DNA of 64,000 bases from Mizuhopecten yessoensis (GCF_002113885.1 NW_018408845.1:698979-762978), one strand, 5' to 3'. Positions 1 through 14,923 are shown, numbered from the stretch's first letter. The notes: a model not told the origin generated them from the sequence alone. Translations and numbers: made by a program.

Positions 1-125
1 CCATTATATGAAAGTTTCAAGAAATTCGGCCGGTTAATTGCGAACGGGTGTGGTCTCTGGATTATTGATAATAAACTTTTTGATTTCTAAAGACTGAAGG
101 AGACATACTATTCATATATATAGGC

Positions 126-265
126 TTTGGACAAAGTAACCATTTGCTGTTTATGGACAAAATAACCATTTGCTGTCTATGGACAAAATAACCATTTGCT
201 GTCTATGGACAAAATAACCATTTGCTGTCTATGGACAAAATAACCATTTGCTGTCTATGGACAAT
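126..265. repeat. 26-bp minisatellite, about 5 copies
   Basis: Unit GGACAAAATAACCATTTGCTGTCTAT at 129, 155, 181, 207, 233; one dispersed copy near 395-420. Confidence 0.95.
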
Positions 266-2149
266 GTGGAAGTCACTGTTGACATATTTACAGATAAATG
301 AGAAGGAACCAGTTACTGACTATTGGGCTTTGAAAAGGTAGCTATTTTCTGACCATCGAAAATGAGGAAATAACCATGCGATTCATATACATAAAAAGTA
401 ACCATTTGCTGTCTTTGGACTTTGGCGAAGCAACTTTGTAATGCTTATGGACTAGAGGGAAATCTGTGAACTCTGTCCAATGCTGGAGTTCGTTGAGTCG
501 AATCGAAGTCACGTGCGTAATTCGTTACACGCTATTAGATCAATGTCCTTCGATAATCAGTGAACACGAAAAAAATCAATGAATCAAATGTGATTTGGTC
601 TTAATGAATAAACAGTACCTAATAACGCAGGTAAATTACGCGCTATTTTTTCCCTAATGAAGTTCACGTGTATAAATAATGTTTCTTCGAAAAATTCAAT
701 CGCGTGAGTTCATTTAGTAATAACGGTATTGCTCTCTCCAATAAGCACTGTTGAGAGCGGAAACCTCGAATACTTGACAAGTGCAGGCATCGATTAATTT
801 TAAACTGCGCGTAGAGTATTTGATTACTTATATTGCATGTTAAGCGTTTGGTATTTAGAGATGTTGAGTAATGTTTCCACTCGTTAAATGTTTGGTTATA
901 GGAGAATTCAAGATTTTCTTAAGCTATGAAATATTTCGGAATAAAGTATTGAGCTTTTTAGATAACAAGTAAAACACTTGGTACATAAGATATTTGGTTC
1001 AGATTTAACCTGTTTACATCTGTATTGTATAAACATATCACTATGTAATACTGTAATACCTTATACCAGTTATCAGGAAAAAGCTGCAGCAATTCATGTT
1101 TATTGTTAAAGAAGTAATATAATATAAAGGAATTAAACCAAGAAGGATGTGTTAATTTACATATGAAATTCCAAGTTAAAACGTTCCGTTATATACTGTT
1201 TATATTATCCAAACTTTGTAAGTCATATGCATTAATACAGAAAAAAATGCTTATTGATGATGTACAATATTTGCTAGCATTGAATATTGATCAAACTCAT
1301 TGTGTCTTTCTCTATGTGTTTCCGACGTCTTTCTGTTGATCCTTTTTCAGTAGGTTGTTCACTAATAAATTTAGTCAGGTCAAGCATTTTTTTAATTGTA
1401 TCATGCCGCTATCAAGATAATCGCTTAAAAACGAGAAAGGAAACACATATATACGTGTAAGTGTACATGCAGAACGCCAATTCAAGAAAACACTTTGACA
1501 GCCCCATACAGCCATTTGGTTTACTTATCAGTGGCACGAAAAGTTAAAGAATGAAAATATATATATAGAAATATAGCAAAAGGGAATTAGTGCCTAAAAC
1601 ACTTCACAAAGTTAAACACTTACAGTTTTTGGCAGAAAATTTATTTTTATTTCTGAACTAGTAAGTCGTTTTAACCGTAGCAAAATAAATTCTGGCTCCA
1701 ACGTTACAGCCAACCTCGAGATGGGGGGGGGGGGGGGGAATAAAAGATATTCACTAGATATACGAAGCATGTTTCAAGAACATGAATGGAAAAATGAGAG
1801 ACAAAGGAAACACACACTCAAGTTGACCTGTCAGTTTTTAGTTATATAGTTTTTAATATTTTAAATACAAACTGTAATTGATTGATGTGTGTTATTCATA
1901 TTTTTATCATTTCTTATCAGTATGGCTATTAAAATATCCGTTGTGTGTCACATGACCAGGATATATAATGTAAGTTGGTGTTGTGACCGCTAAGCTTAAT
2001 TGTGAAGATCAACCCTGAACACATTATATTTAGTACATATACTGGGTTTTATTATCAAGTGGGGAAAAAAATGGTCGACTTAATGTAAAAAATGTTTTGG
2101 TACTAGATTCATATCTTCTAGATTAATCCATATTAATATATTTAAGGCA

Positions 2150-4235
2150 AAATCATTTAACTATTTTTTCACATCTATTTCTACATCAGATAAAACTATT
2201 GAAGACATCCCTCCAAATCCTCCACCTTTCCCTCATCAACTATCTAATATCAATACTACTGAGCAAGATGTTTATGACCAACTTCATCTCAATAATCCAA
2301 AAAAGCCTGCAGTCCTGATGCAATTCACCCTAGGTTTATCAAAGGTGTATCTGAATCTCTTGTAAAGCCATTACATATTCTTTTAAATAAATCAGTGGAA
2401 TCCGGTCAATTACCTAAAGCCTGGGAAATGCCAATGTCACAGCTGTATATAAGGGCAAAGGTGAGAGAAGTGACCCATCAAACTACAGACCTATTTCTAT
2501 CACTCCTCTGTTTAGAAAAATCCTGGAAAGATTTATGTTCAAATATTTGTTTAACTTTCTTTCAATAAATCATATAATTTCTAAGAACCAATCTGGATTC
2601 CGCCCCAAAGTTTCTACAGTTAACCAGCTATCAGCAATATATGGTTCAATTCTTATAAGTTCAAGTCATATATTCGTCCAAATCTTGAGTATGCTAGTGT
2701 TGTGGAATAATTGTAATCAAACTGAATCTTCTTGAATCTATCCAGCTAGATGCTGCTAGACTACAAGTGTAGTTACTGGTCTCCGAAGAGGTGCTAGTCA
2801 TGAAATCATCTATAATGAAATTGGATGGGATACTCTTAAGAAACGTAGAAAGAATCAGCAGCATATATTGTTTTTTGAAATAATTAACCATGTTAGTCCT
2901 AATTATCTTTTTGAAATTGTTGAACCTTATATAGTCAGCCATGAAGCTATGACCCATCATGTCCGACATCAACGTATATTTGAACCACCAATTTGTAGAT
3001 CTAATGCATATTTCGACAGTTTCTTTCCTAGCATAATATCTTGGTGGAATAGACATGAATGTAACTATTATATTTTAAGATGTATTAGTGAACTCAAAAA
3101 AACAACTTGTTCATCATGCCATACCCAAAAATAAAGAAGATATATGCACTAAGATTTTTAAATATGAAGGGACTAGATCTTTTAACAACTTCGAAATCGT
3201 GCAAGTCAGTTGAACTCTGATCTCTTTAGAGACCATCATAATGATAATCCCTCCTGTATATGTGGTTACATTAATGAAGATGTGAGTCACTTCTTTCTGC
3301 ATTGCCCTAGATATATGACTCAAGGACAAAATATGTTAATATCTGTTTCTCATTTACAGCTTGACACAAACTTAAATTAACACTTAAACTTGGACCTAAA
3401 CATTTATAAAAATCAATGTTTAGTATTAATATATTGACTAAAGGAAGTAGTTTCCTTAGTGAATATCTTAACTCTGCTATTCGTGTTTGTGTTCAGAGAT
3501 ATATAGAATCAACCAACAGATTTTGAATGTCATGTATATGTGTATGTATGCACGCATGCATGTATGTATGNNNNNNNNNNNNNNNNNNNNNNNNNNNNNN
3601 NNNNNNNNNNNNNNNNNNNNNNNNNNNNNNNNNNNNNNNNNNNNNNNNNNNNNNNNNNNNNNNNNNNNNNNNNNNNNNNNNNNNNNNNNNNNNNNNNNNN
3701 NNNNNNNNNNNNNNNNNNNNNNNNNNNNNNNNNNNNNNNNNNNNNNNNNNNNNNNNNNNNNNNNNNNNNNNNNNNNNNNNNNNNNNNNNNNNNNNNNNNN
3801 NNNNNNNNNNNNNNNNNNNNNNNNNNNNNNNNNNNNNNNNNNNNNNNNNNNNNNNNNNNNNNNNNNNNNNNNNNNNNNNNNNNNNNNNNNNNNNNNNNNN
3901 NNNNNNNNNNNNNNNNNNNNNNNNNNNNNNNNNNNNNNNNNNNNNNNNNNNNNNNNNNNNNNNNNNNNNNNNNNNNNNNNNNNNNNNNNNNNNNNNNNNA
4001 TGTATGTTTCTACATGTACGTATGCATGCATGTGTGTATGTATGGTGTTTCATATCATCATTGGCACTGATCTAATTCTTATGTTCCTAAAGCATGTTCA
4101 TTATGTAAATATTCATAGTTCATTATATCGCTATTGTTTGAGATGTACCTCCTGGGAGAGGGCTTGTATAGACTTTGCCTGTTGCCCAATTTCCATTAAA
4201 TCTGATTGATTAAATAAAATATTTTGAAATGAAAT
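2150..4235 (+). mobile_element. Decayed CR1-like LINE (RT fragment, internal deletion, CCHC knuckle, probable 3' UTR)
   Basis: Frameshifted peptides ANVTAVYKGKGERSDPSNYRPISIT, SKNQSGFRP, IRPNLEYASVVW, SCICGYINEDVSHFFLHC. The 3'-end extent across the gap is inferred. Confidence 0.8.
3571..3999. other. Assembly gap (429 N) inside a (TATG)n microsatellite
   Basis: Run of N flanked on both sides by TATG/CATG repeats. Confidence 0.99.
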
Positions 4236-4819
4236 GTTAATATATTTGATTGGAAAAGGAATTCCGGTGAATTTGTTATCTCTAATGTGTTAACATTATC
4301 TTTTCGATATATTCAGATTGTTTATCTGTACAATGAAAAGATGAAAATATATCATTTGTCGCTGTTATTTTTTGTGAAGTGTACAGCTGGGACAATATTT
4401 GGCTTTGTGTCTTAGCGTGTAAAGGTAACTAACCAGTTCATAATAGTTTAGTTCAGATCTTGTATAAATGAGGAAACGGCACCATTTGTATATGTTAATA
4501 CACTTAACAGGACTTCTCCTTCATTAAACATCTCCAATATACACATTACGCTAACTAGTAACGCGATCATAAGCCCACTCAGTTTTCTGGGAAATACAAA
4601 GCAAACATAATGACACATTGAAAGTAAACAAGGAAGCTAATTAGCCAGATAAAAAAAACACCATATAGAACTTTATCATGACAATAAGAAATCACAAGGA
4701 CAAGAGTTACAAATGTTTAACATACTAAGAGTTGTATAAAGACATCGAGAAAATAAAGGGACCAGGATTACAAATTAAAAAAAAACCAATCAAAAACGTT
4801 GAGAATGCACGTGGAATAA

Positions 4820-7000
4820 ACAACCTAGCAGGACTGTGTAGTTGGAAATGACAGGGTTCAGCATTACAAATAAAAACAAACTGGCAACTGTGTAGTTAGA
4901 AATGACAGGGTTCAGCATTACAAATATAGAAATGACGGGTTCAGCATTACAAATATAGAAATGACAGGGTTTAGCATTACAAATATAGAAATGACATGGT
5001 TTAGCATTACAAATAAAAACAAACTGGTAACTGTGTAGTTAGAAATGACAGGGTTCAGTATTACAAATAAAAACAAACTGGCAACTGTGTAGTTAGAAAT
5101 GACAGGGTTCAGCATTACAAATATAGAAATGACATGGTTTAGCATTACAAATATAGAAATGACGGGTTCAGCATTACAAATATAGAGATGACAGGGTTTA
5201 GCATTACAAATATAGAAATGACGGGTTCATCATTACAAATATAGAAATGACAGGGTGTAGCATTACAAATATAGAAATGACGGGGTCAGCATTACAAATA
5301 TAGAAATGACAGGGTGTAGCATTACAAATATAGAAATGACAGGTTCAGCATTACAAATATAGAAAGGACGGGTTCAGCATTACAAATATAGAAAGGACGG
5401 GTTCAGCATTACAAATATAGAAATGACGGGATCAGCATTACAAATATAGAAATGACATGGTTTAGCATTACAAATATAGAAATGACATGGTTTAGCATTA
5501 CAAATATAGAAATGACATGGTTTAGCATTACAAATAAAAACAAACTGGCAACTATGTAGTTAGAAATGACAGGGTTCAGTATTAAAAATAAAAACAAGCT
5601 AGCAGGACTGTGTAGTTAGAAATGACATGGTTCAGCATTACAAATAAAAACAACCTAGCAGGACTGTTTAGTTAGAAATGACAGGGTTCAGTATTACAAA
5701 TAAAAACAAGCTAGCAGGACTGTGTAGTTAGAAATGACAGGGTTCAGCATTACAAATAAAAACAAACGGTCAACTGTGTAGTTTGAAATGACAGGGTTCA
5801 GCTTTTCAAATAAGAACACTCTAGCAGGACTGTGTAGTTAGAAATGACATGGTTCAGCATTACAAATAAAAACAAACTGGCAACTATGTAGTTAGAAATG
5901 ACAGGGTTCAGCATTACAAATAAAAACAAACGGTCAACTGTGTAGTTAGAAATGACAGGGTTCAGTATTACAAATAAAAACAACCTAGCAGGACTGTGTA
6001 GTTAGAAATGACAGGGTTCAGCATTACAAATAAATACTAACGGGCAACTGTGTAGTTAGAAATGACATGGTTCAGTATTACAAATAAAAACAACATAGCA
6101 GGACTGTGTAGTTAGAAAAGACAGGGTTCAGCATTACAAATAAATACTAACTGGCAACTGTGTAGTTAGAAACGACAGGGTTCAGCATTACAAATAAAAA
6201 CAACCTAGCAGGACTGTGTAGTTAGAAGTGACAGGGTTCAGCATTACAAATAAATACTAACTGGAAACTGTGTAGTTAGAAATGACAGGGATCAGCATTA
6301 CAAATAAAAACAAACTGGCACCTGTGTAGTTAGAAATGACAGGGTTCAGCATTACAAATAAATACAAACTGGCAACTGTGTAGTTAGAAATGACAGGGTT
6401 CAGCATTCCAAATAAAAACAAACTGGCAACTATGTAGTTAGAAATGACAGGGTTCAGCATTACAAATAAAAACAAACTGGCAACTGTGTAGTTAGAAATG
6501 ACAGGGCTCAGCATTACAAATAAAAACAACCTAGCAGGACTGAGTAGTTAGAAATGACAGGGTTCAGCATTACAAATAAATACAAACTGGAAACTGTGTA
6601 GTTAGAAATGACAGGATTCAGCATTACAAATAAAAACAACCTAGCATGACTGTGTAGTAAGAAATGACAGGGTTCAGCATTACAAATAAATACAAACTGG
6701 AAACTGTGTAGTTAGAAATGACAGGATTCAGCATTACAAATAAAAACAACCTAGCAGGACTGTGTAGTAAGAAATGACAGGGTTCAGCATTACAAATAAA
6801 AACAACCTAGCAGGACTGTGTAGTAAGAAATGACAGGGTTCAGCATTACAAATAAAAACAACCTAGCAAGACTGTGTAGTTAGAAATGACAGGGTTTAGC
6901 ATTACAAATATAGAAATGACATGGTTTAGCATTACAAATAAAAACAACCTAGCAAGACTGTGTAGTTAGAAATGACAGGGTTCAGCATTACAAATAAAAA
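4820..7000. repeat. Compound satellite of 30-, 54- and 56-bp units sharing a core
   Basis: Core TAGAAATGACAGGGTTCAGCATTACAAATA with none or one of two alternative spacers. Confidence 0.97.
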
Positions 7001-9967
7001 AAATGTGAAAAGTACATGGGTCAGAGCTACAAATATATTACCCATCAAGAACTGTGTTATAACAACAAGAAAGTACATGGGTCAGAGCTACAAATGTATT
7101 ACCCATCAGGATTTGTGTCACAACAACAAGAAACCTCATGGACCAGGGTTACAGGTGAACAATTTAAAAAGAACCATGTGATGTCATTGAAAAATATTGA
7201 TAAAGAACATATATATTGACGACTAGAAACCACATGGTCCAGGATTATATATGAATTACCCATTAAAAAAAATATGTGATGAATACGAGATAGCACATTG
7301 TCCAGGGTTATATTGAATAACCCACCTCGACAGTGTGCTGCTTAACGTAGTATTACACTCTAAACACTGGATTCGAATCGAACATTTTAGAGGTAGTAGT
7401 TTGTACTGCTTCCTGAATATGACAATTAATTGAACTGAAGTCCTTTTAACTAAAATTTAGTAATGATATGCTCGTAAATGGAGGTTTTATATCGTCTTTA
7501 ACGCATTGATCACCATTTGTGAGACTAAATTTATCGTTTCCATATATAATTCCAAAATAAAAAGACCCCATTTGCGTTGATATATACATTAAAAAATAAT
7601 AGCCCACTTGAGCGGTAGTTAGATAGCAATGTCATATTGCACGTCAAAAACAGCAATCTTTCACAGGAAAACAAGTTTTATGGTTTTGTTTGTGTTGCTG
7701 TCAGATTTTGCTCAAAGCTACCTTTGTATTATATTTCTAAGGTAGAATACTAATACAACAACAAAAATATCGAAGCCTACTATTGTTATAATAGAATGCT
7801 TCCAATATCAAAATCACTCAAATCTTAGTGAAACGGTTTTGTGCGGTTAATAAGAAATCCGGTTTTGCTATAAAACCCATACTATATATTAATTCGAACA
7901 AAACTATTCCCGAAGCATAATGACAATATCTCTCGGAACCCAGATACAATCTTACCCGACAGCACTTTGTGGTTAGGTATGCGGAATGTGTATTGGCTTT
8001 TCCCGACAGAATGGTTTGAAACCACAAAGACTCAAATCAATGGCGTTGCTGGGTTTTAATACAGTCGACTCATATTCGTTTCTTTGATGCCTGTATTTCT
8101 TAAAATTAATTAAATCTCGAATCGGTGTCGACACTCTATTGCGTGTTGAACCGGTGGTGATTGGTGTGGTAATGCACTGTATCACCAGTTCAACTTCTCT
8201 ATGGTTTTTATAGTGACACATAAAACAAAGTTATATGGATAACCTACTAATTAGTAGGTAGTGTATACTGTAATTACAAAACTAAAACATTACGAAACAA
8301 AGACGGAAAAGGATATGCTCTATTATATTCGTTAAGTGGTTTATTTTGGGCAAACACATCAACTCTATTGTTGAAATGGCGTATAAAACGTACGAAAGTT
8401 TCATAAAACTCAGAACCACACAAGAAAGGTAAAATATATATAATACGCTGGACTGGTCGGACTCATTACTCAAATACACGTTGGTGTCCACATATCAAAG
8501 AGTCTTGTAATCCACTTCTTGGAAATAGAGCTGCTTAATACAACGACTACAATAGCGGTACCTTCCATTGTACAACCTTTCACCGGGAGTCCGTACTCCA
8601 GCCAGCACAAAGCCAACGCTAGGCTTACCATGTTGTAAACGAAGATCTGCAAATGATCAATATATATCATATTATTTCTAGACTTAAGTTTACTTAGGTA
8701 TAAAGAATATGCAAGAACAATGACAGCAGTTGGATGTATACGTTTGGAGCAAAACACTGTGCAATAAATATATCAGATATGGGTATTGATTTCAAAAATA
8801 TTTTGAAGATAAGTAACGTCTAATGAAAATTAATTTGTCATATATGGATAGATGTATCAGACGTAAAACAAGTACAATCTTATCAGCATTTTCTCCCATT
8901 CCCTTTCAAGATGTAAACCATTTTCCGTATTGATAATAAGATAGTTTTTGTTAGAAAGGGGTTTGATTGGAGTATTGTGAGTGTACGGTTAATGGTGTAT
9001 AGTCTGAAAACGTTTTCTGATTACCAAATTATGTGTCAATCAGTTAAGCATAAAATCGACCGGAAATTTTAATGTAGTTAGAATGTGATTGCATAGAGCG
9101 TCTCATATTACTCATGTATCCGGGCAAAACAACATCAGATACTCCATAGTTTTTATTCTAACGTCATATTATTTTTCTTATGATTCAAGTTGCCACTGTA
9201 AAGGTATATATTAGCTAAGTTTGTCACTCATGATAATAAGAACCGAGTACAATTACGTAATTACTTGTTTCCCAATCAGCTTCATGAAATGTCTTAACGA
9301 TTGCATGTGTTCAATGTACCTGAATAAAGCTTAGTTTAAACTAATCAATTAAGCGAAGTTGCAAACATTCTATTTTAACTAAAATACAGAAAATACTGTT
9401 ATTGACCCCATATACGAAGTCGTGCTATTATAATCATAATAAATATATCCTTTACAGACATGCACGATGTACTTATAAGAAAGGCAAACGTGTAAATACA
9501 GCTGAAGGGAAATGAAACGTAAAAGAAACTTTTAGAAATATAGGATTGATTATTTCTTTTCGGAATATAACGTATACATCTATTTCATTGCGGTTACTAC
9601 AAGTTACAAGATCGCATCTCCCAGTAAATCAAGAAATATGTTAAACATTGTTTCCTTGGAGAGCAAATGTTATGCTATACAAATTAATCATCTTTTGATA
9701 CATATTTTTGTTCTTTGTTTTAACAAATAAGACGTGTCTTAGTATAGTTTGTGTGAATTTTATTCATATTCACACGTATAGGAATGTACATGCACGTGCT
9801 TAGGCATAGTTGTGTTCGTGTGTGTTCCTATATACATGTAATGTACGTTGTTTTGACAATAATTAAATCTTTCAACAAATGCACTTGAGAAAATGGACAG
9901 GAATAGAAGAAATAAGAAAATGGTTTTAATGAAAACTATTAAAATTATTATAATTTTCTACTTCCAG

Positions 9968-10374
9968 GTGACGACTCTGACACCATTCAACAGCTCGTGA
10001 GTCTCAGTTTCGTTTCGTCAGCAGCTTCTGCTCTTATTGGCGTCACACAAATCTACAGTGCTGTCAGTGTGTTTGGTATATATAGCAACGCCGTCTACGT
10101 CGACTCGTGGTCTTGGTGGAGCCTCCAATCGCTGATGCGTGTCGAGGAGATAATTCCTGTGTTCATAATACTTAAACTCGCGTCACGCTCCGTAAGAGGG
10201 TCCTACTTGTCGAAAATAAGAAAGTGCATCCCATGTGAAGTGTTTAAGAAGAGACTCGGTTCAAAAGCAAGGATTACACCTATAAACGTCAAACCTGTGT
10301 CGGAAATGACGTCAGTAGATGTCGGGTATACACGTGGTACTAAAAACATTGAGTATAACACAAGCAATACCTAA
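9968..10374 (+). CDS. Terminal coding exon of a proline-rich transmembrane protein 3/4 (PRRT3/PRRT4)-like multi-pass membrane protein
   Basis: Strong acceptor TTTTCTACTTCCAG at 9967 and an open frame to TAA at 10374. Two hydrophobic helices around QIYSAVSVFG...SWSWWSLQSLMRVEE, resembling the recalled PRRT3 motif SWAWWGVHFWLRLLEL. Upstream exons not found in the window. Confidence 0.65.
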
Positions 10375-13069
10375 CGGATAAATATAGTATGACGCAGCTG
10401 GTCTGTGCCTTAACGTGCGCTGGGTGTGATCAAAACTACGAGACAAAGTTACTGCAAATATATTTAAAATTGTATTCAAAAGTTGATATTAAAAGTGTGT
10501 TCACACACATCAAAAATGACGGTTAACTGATGGTGTCTTTATGAACGGCTTGTGTTGTAAGACCATAACATGTGCCGTCAACATGTTAGGTAAAAATGCT
10601 GTGCAGTTCTATGCTCGCATGCAACGAGTAAGACGAACTGCACCCAGTGTACTACGTGTGGCCAGTTTTCTTTGAGGAAAAGTTACGCAAAACCTTGATG
10701 TGCCATGCGCGTGAAATGTAGCGATATTTCCATTCTACGCAGGCATTGAAAATCATATTTGGCGAAAAATTGAAATCAATAATTGATTGTTTCAGACATG
10801 CGATTGTCCTTCCCCATGGATAGAGGGACCACGGGTGACAACTAATATCTAAGGTTTTATAACTATTGGCGTCCTGCCAATTGTTATGAAACCGTATTTT
10901 GAAGATATTTTATGCAATGTCTGCTTTATGGAAATCTTATGAAGCTTGAAGCGGAAAGATAACGGCTACCAGCTTGACAACGTTGATAATTTCTTTCCAT
11001 GACCACTTAATTTATTCATTGTTGAATTGTTTTGACGAATCATATGGTGGTATGACAGCGGTGTCTTTGAGGAAATGTCTGATCTGGAAAGCTGTAATTA
11101 GATGTCACCTGTATATATCCCCCTCCCCCTACAATAATCATTGTAACACTGTTGAAATGTAAAGAAATTTATTGGTTAATCATTCAGCTATAATTTTTCT
11201 ATATTTACATTTGCATGGCATTGTCACTTTATAGCCTCTTTGAAAGCTGTGTCGTTGATGGGACTTTAATTACCATGCATCACGAGACACAATTATTAGC
11301 GTATTAATACAACACTGACCGGAACTACAATATCCAATATAAATAAACATGACGGCTGCTGAAATATCACTGGGCATTGTGAGAATTGACAATGTCATTG
11401 TAAATTTATGTGCAAAATAAAAAAATAAAAAAAAACACTTTTATTACAACGAAAACAAGACCAAGGTCTGCAATATCGTACAAAATGCACATCTGTTGAA
11501 ATCACCAATGCCGGCAATGGAAACAATTCTAACGCTCATGCAATTTATCAGAAATATCGTCTGTTACACTGCACTGATCAACAGGGGTTCGTTAGAAATG
11601 TCTGAAATACACATATTTTATAGACCTACTGATACATATGTTACAGACCTACTGATATGAGTCACAGCACACATTATGTTGTTTGCTTGCAAAGCTGTGT
11701 CATTCAAATAGACCATAAATACCATACACAAACAGTTCAATGCTTAAATAAATGCGCTAATTAAGGGAGATAATTCACACTATTTGTGAGTGTGGGCTGG
11801 TGACAACAAACAAGGCACTTTTCATGTTCTCCTGTCAAACTATGAATTTTAAAACGTTATATTCTCGTAACAAACGTTTAACAGTTTTCCAATTTTGATT
11901 TGCATGTGACTTGGTCTCGGTTGCATATTCCAAATGTAGACAAGACATATTAGATTTCTTGCCCGCATAAAACCTGTATTATTAATGATACTCGGATGCC
12001 TTGTTTTGTAACCGATACACACACTAGAGGTATGGCTCACTGTACACACAATGTTTGATGTGAAGTTGCACCGCTTCGAGTAACAGTACAGTATACACGT
12101 GTCTTGCTATATTGTGAACCACGCACATGTCGACTTTGACATGGAGGACTACAATTGTAATTTCGACTACTTGTGTATACCTACGTAGTATATATACTCC
12201 CCTAGATTTTGAAACGAAGGGCTACCTATTGGAGAGAAATAACACCACGACAGGTAATCCACGCTAATACAGTTGTGTTTGTGACGTCACGTTGAATATC
12301 CGAGAACATATCCAGTTTTGATTGACTATCGCTGCATCCGTCGACGTATGAAAAGTGTTAGCGGACAATATTGAACTTATATCAAAAGGCCATAAGCCAC
12401 TTGATGTATAGCTATTTTGGGACTTAACAAATGTAGTGTTGACTAGCTTGTTTGCTGTTGAGCAGTTATTTGTAATAAAATGTAATATAATTTTGTCTTC
12501 GTCTGTTTTACTTTAATTTATTTAGAGAAGGGGTGTGGTATCATTTATATGCCGTAAGACCCAAACTTCACGTCTTCCTGTCGTTCCTCGATTAATGTTG
12601 TTCAGCTTCTTTGAGCTTTTCAGTATCAATTAAAACAGTGATTTGGAAGCTAAAGGAGATGGTAACACATACACAGGTGATTGTGCCAGGGTCATTTTGT
12701 GATACACACAATTTGCCAAAAATATTAGTTGTGAATAGAAGAATCAGTAACATGTTTGACTTTGCCGCCGTGAAAATTGTGAATTGTGTTTCTATGTACG
12801 TATTGTGCATACGCTTACAGCGTAGCCGAATCGACATCGATTTGTGGAAAACTCGTACCCATTTTACACCTTTGTGTGCATACGGTTCAATTGTCATTTC
12901 TCTGATAAAGGTGACAGAGTACATACCGTACTAGTCCCGAAACGTCACAAAAAAATTGACGTCTATCAGGAAAGGATGTTCCCGATTTGAGATTGACCAA
13001 GGACGTTTTTGGTTTTCCAAAGAGAATCGGTTTCTAATTTTGGCTTGGTTAATGAATGAATTAATTAAT

Positions 13070-14008
13070 TCTGGAGCAGAGCAACGAATGAAACGCCACA
13101 GTATACATGTATGTCGATTTCATTGATTTTGCCAAGGCATTCGACATTATCCATCGACCTGCACTGTGAAAGATCCTTGCACACTACGGAATACCAGACA
13201 AGATCATTTCCATCATCAAGATGCTCTATCAAGATTTCCAGGCCAGAGTGATATGTGGCAACAACCTCACGAACAGCTTCCCACTACAGACTGGGGTGAG
13301 ACAGGGATGTTTGCTACCTCCCCTGCTTCTCGTGTATCGACTGGGTGATGAAGAAGACAAAAGACCAGACCAACAGAGGATAGCTTTGGACATTTGGAAA
13401 GTCACTTGAAGATCTAGACTTCGCAGATGATATTGCTCTCCTGGCTCATCGCTTCCAGCATATGATATCCAAGGGAAGACAACCGACTTGGCACAGTACG
13501 GCAACCAGATAGGTCTCCACATCAACGCTGGAAAGACAAGGATTATGAAGCAACATCATTGGAGACCTCCTATATGGTGCTTAGTCGTGGAAAGTGACCA
13601 AAAGCATCTTCCACAAACTGGATGTCTTCCAGACCAAATGCCTCCGACGGACTCTGAAGGTCTTCTGTCCCAACACCATCAGCAAAAAAAAGAATTGTAT
13701 CAGAGAACCTCAACATCACCAATCTCTGAGATGATCAAGATGAGACGATGGAAATGGAATGGACATGTCCACAGAATGGAATCAACATCACTTCCAATGA
13801 TTGCCATGAGATGGACACCAGCAGGAATGAGAAATAGAAGAAGACCAAAGGAAACATGGAGCTGGCGATCAGTGGAGAAGGAAATGAGAGAGTCTGGATG
13901 GACTTGGGGCCAGACTCACCAGATGGCAGCAGACAGACAGAGATGGCGATCTTCAGTGAAGGCCTTATGTGCTTCCCAGCACGAAGAGAATTTAGTAAGT
14001 AAGTTATA
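13070..14008 (+). mobile_element. 5'-truncated decayed RTE-clade LINE
   Basis: FIDFAKAFD, YGIPDKII, TGVRQGCLL, LEDLDFADDIALL, RRWKWNGHVHRM, RRRPKETW, ending ALCA followed by a short (TAAG)n tail. Confidence 0.92.
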
Positions 14009-14798
14009 AGTTATAGTATCGCTTGATCCACGTTAGCTTCTGAACGAGGTTGTCTATCAGGTGAGCTAGCTTTTGATTGAAAGTTCTAGAAGATGACTTT
14101 TGATTAGACGTTCGATCAGGAAAGGAGGTTCTGATGATTTTATGTTATATCTAGTTTGAAAGCCAATATTACAACTATGACAGCTAGCTGTTTTGAAAAT
14201 TAACTTAGAATTATACTGAGGCGATTTCGATGATCCTCCGTCGGTATGAACAACTAGTCCGTTTTCCTGACCAGTTCTGGTTCCGATGAAGCTGTTTCGA
14301 AATTGAAGATGGCCGTCATGGCAGCCAATTCGAAATTTTGAAGCTAGACGCAAACTCCGATGGACTGAATCCGGCGAATGTTAATAGAAATGATAAGTAC
14401 ATGGTCTTGGCCCTTTGTTTGTACGCCTTAACCGATTTGAGACCAAATATGAACACATTGGAATTCTGCCAGAAGTCTTTTTTAAATTTTCATTATCTAG
14501 CATGAAGTAAACAATATTTTGAAGTGTCAAAGTAGAAATGCGTCTTGCAAACAGTGTCAGTTCATCTGTTCGCCTTTTAATTATGACTTAAGTCTCATGT
14601 GAGCTTTAAGGTCATCTTATTCTTAATTATTTTACAAAACATAATCTAAAACTCTAGATAGGTTCGGAGGTAATGCACATAATAATGATTTTCCATTTTT
14701 AACCTTAGAAATTACTCGTGTCATTAAAAGATCGGATACTGTGTAATAACTTTGTAACAATAAACCTGAAGGCAGAGATAAGCCCAGCAATATAGACA

Positions 14799-14923
14799 AA
14801 CCAGTCAATGCTGTAAGGGTGATCAATCTCCATTAATCGATAATGCCGATTAGTAACCAGTCAGTAACCAGTCAATGCTGTAAGGGTGATCAATCTCCAT
14901 TAATCGATAATGCCGATTAGTAA
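14799..14923. repeat. About 59-bp local direct duplication
   Basis: AACCAGTCAATGCTG...GCCGATTAGTAAC twice, separated by a short spacer. Confidence 0.9.

Noticed and set aside
3477-4209. Long ORFs of 176-240 aa
   Set aside because: Artefacts of the N gap and the TATG microsatellite.
7973-8630. Possible two-exon minus-strand ORF (MVSLALALCWL... joined to EVELVIQC...)
   Set aside because: Phases fit but both splice sites are weak and I recognise no homology; cannot be supported without RNA data.
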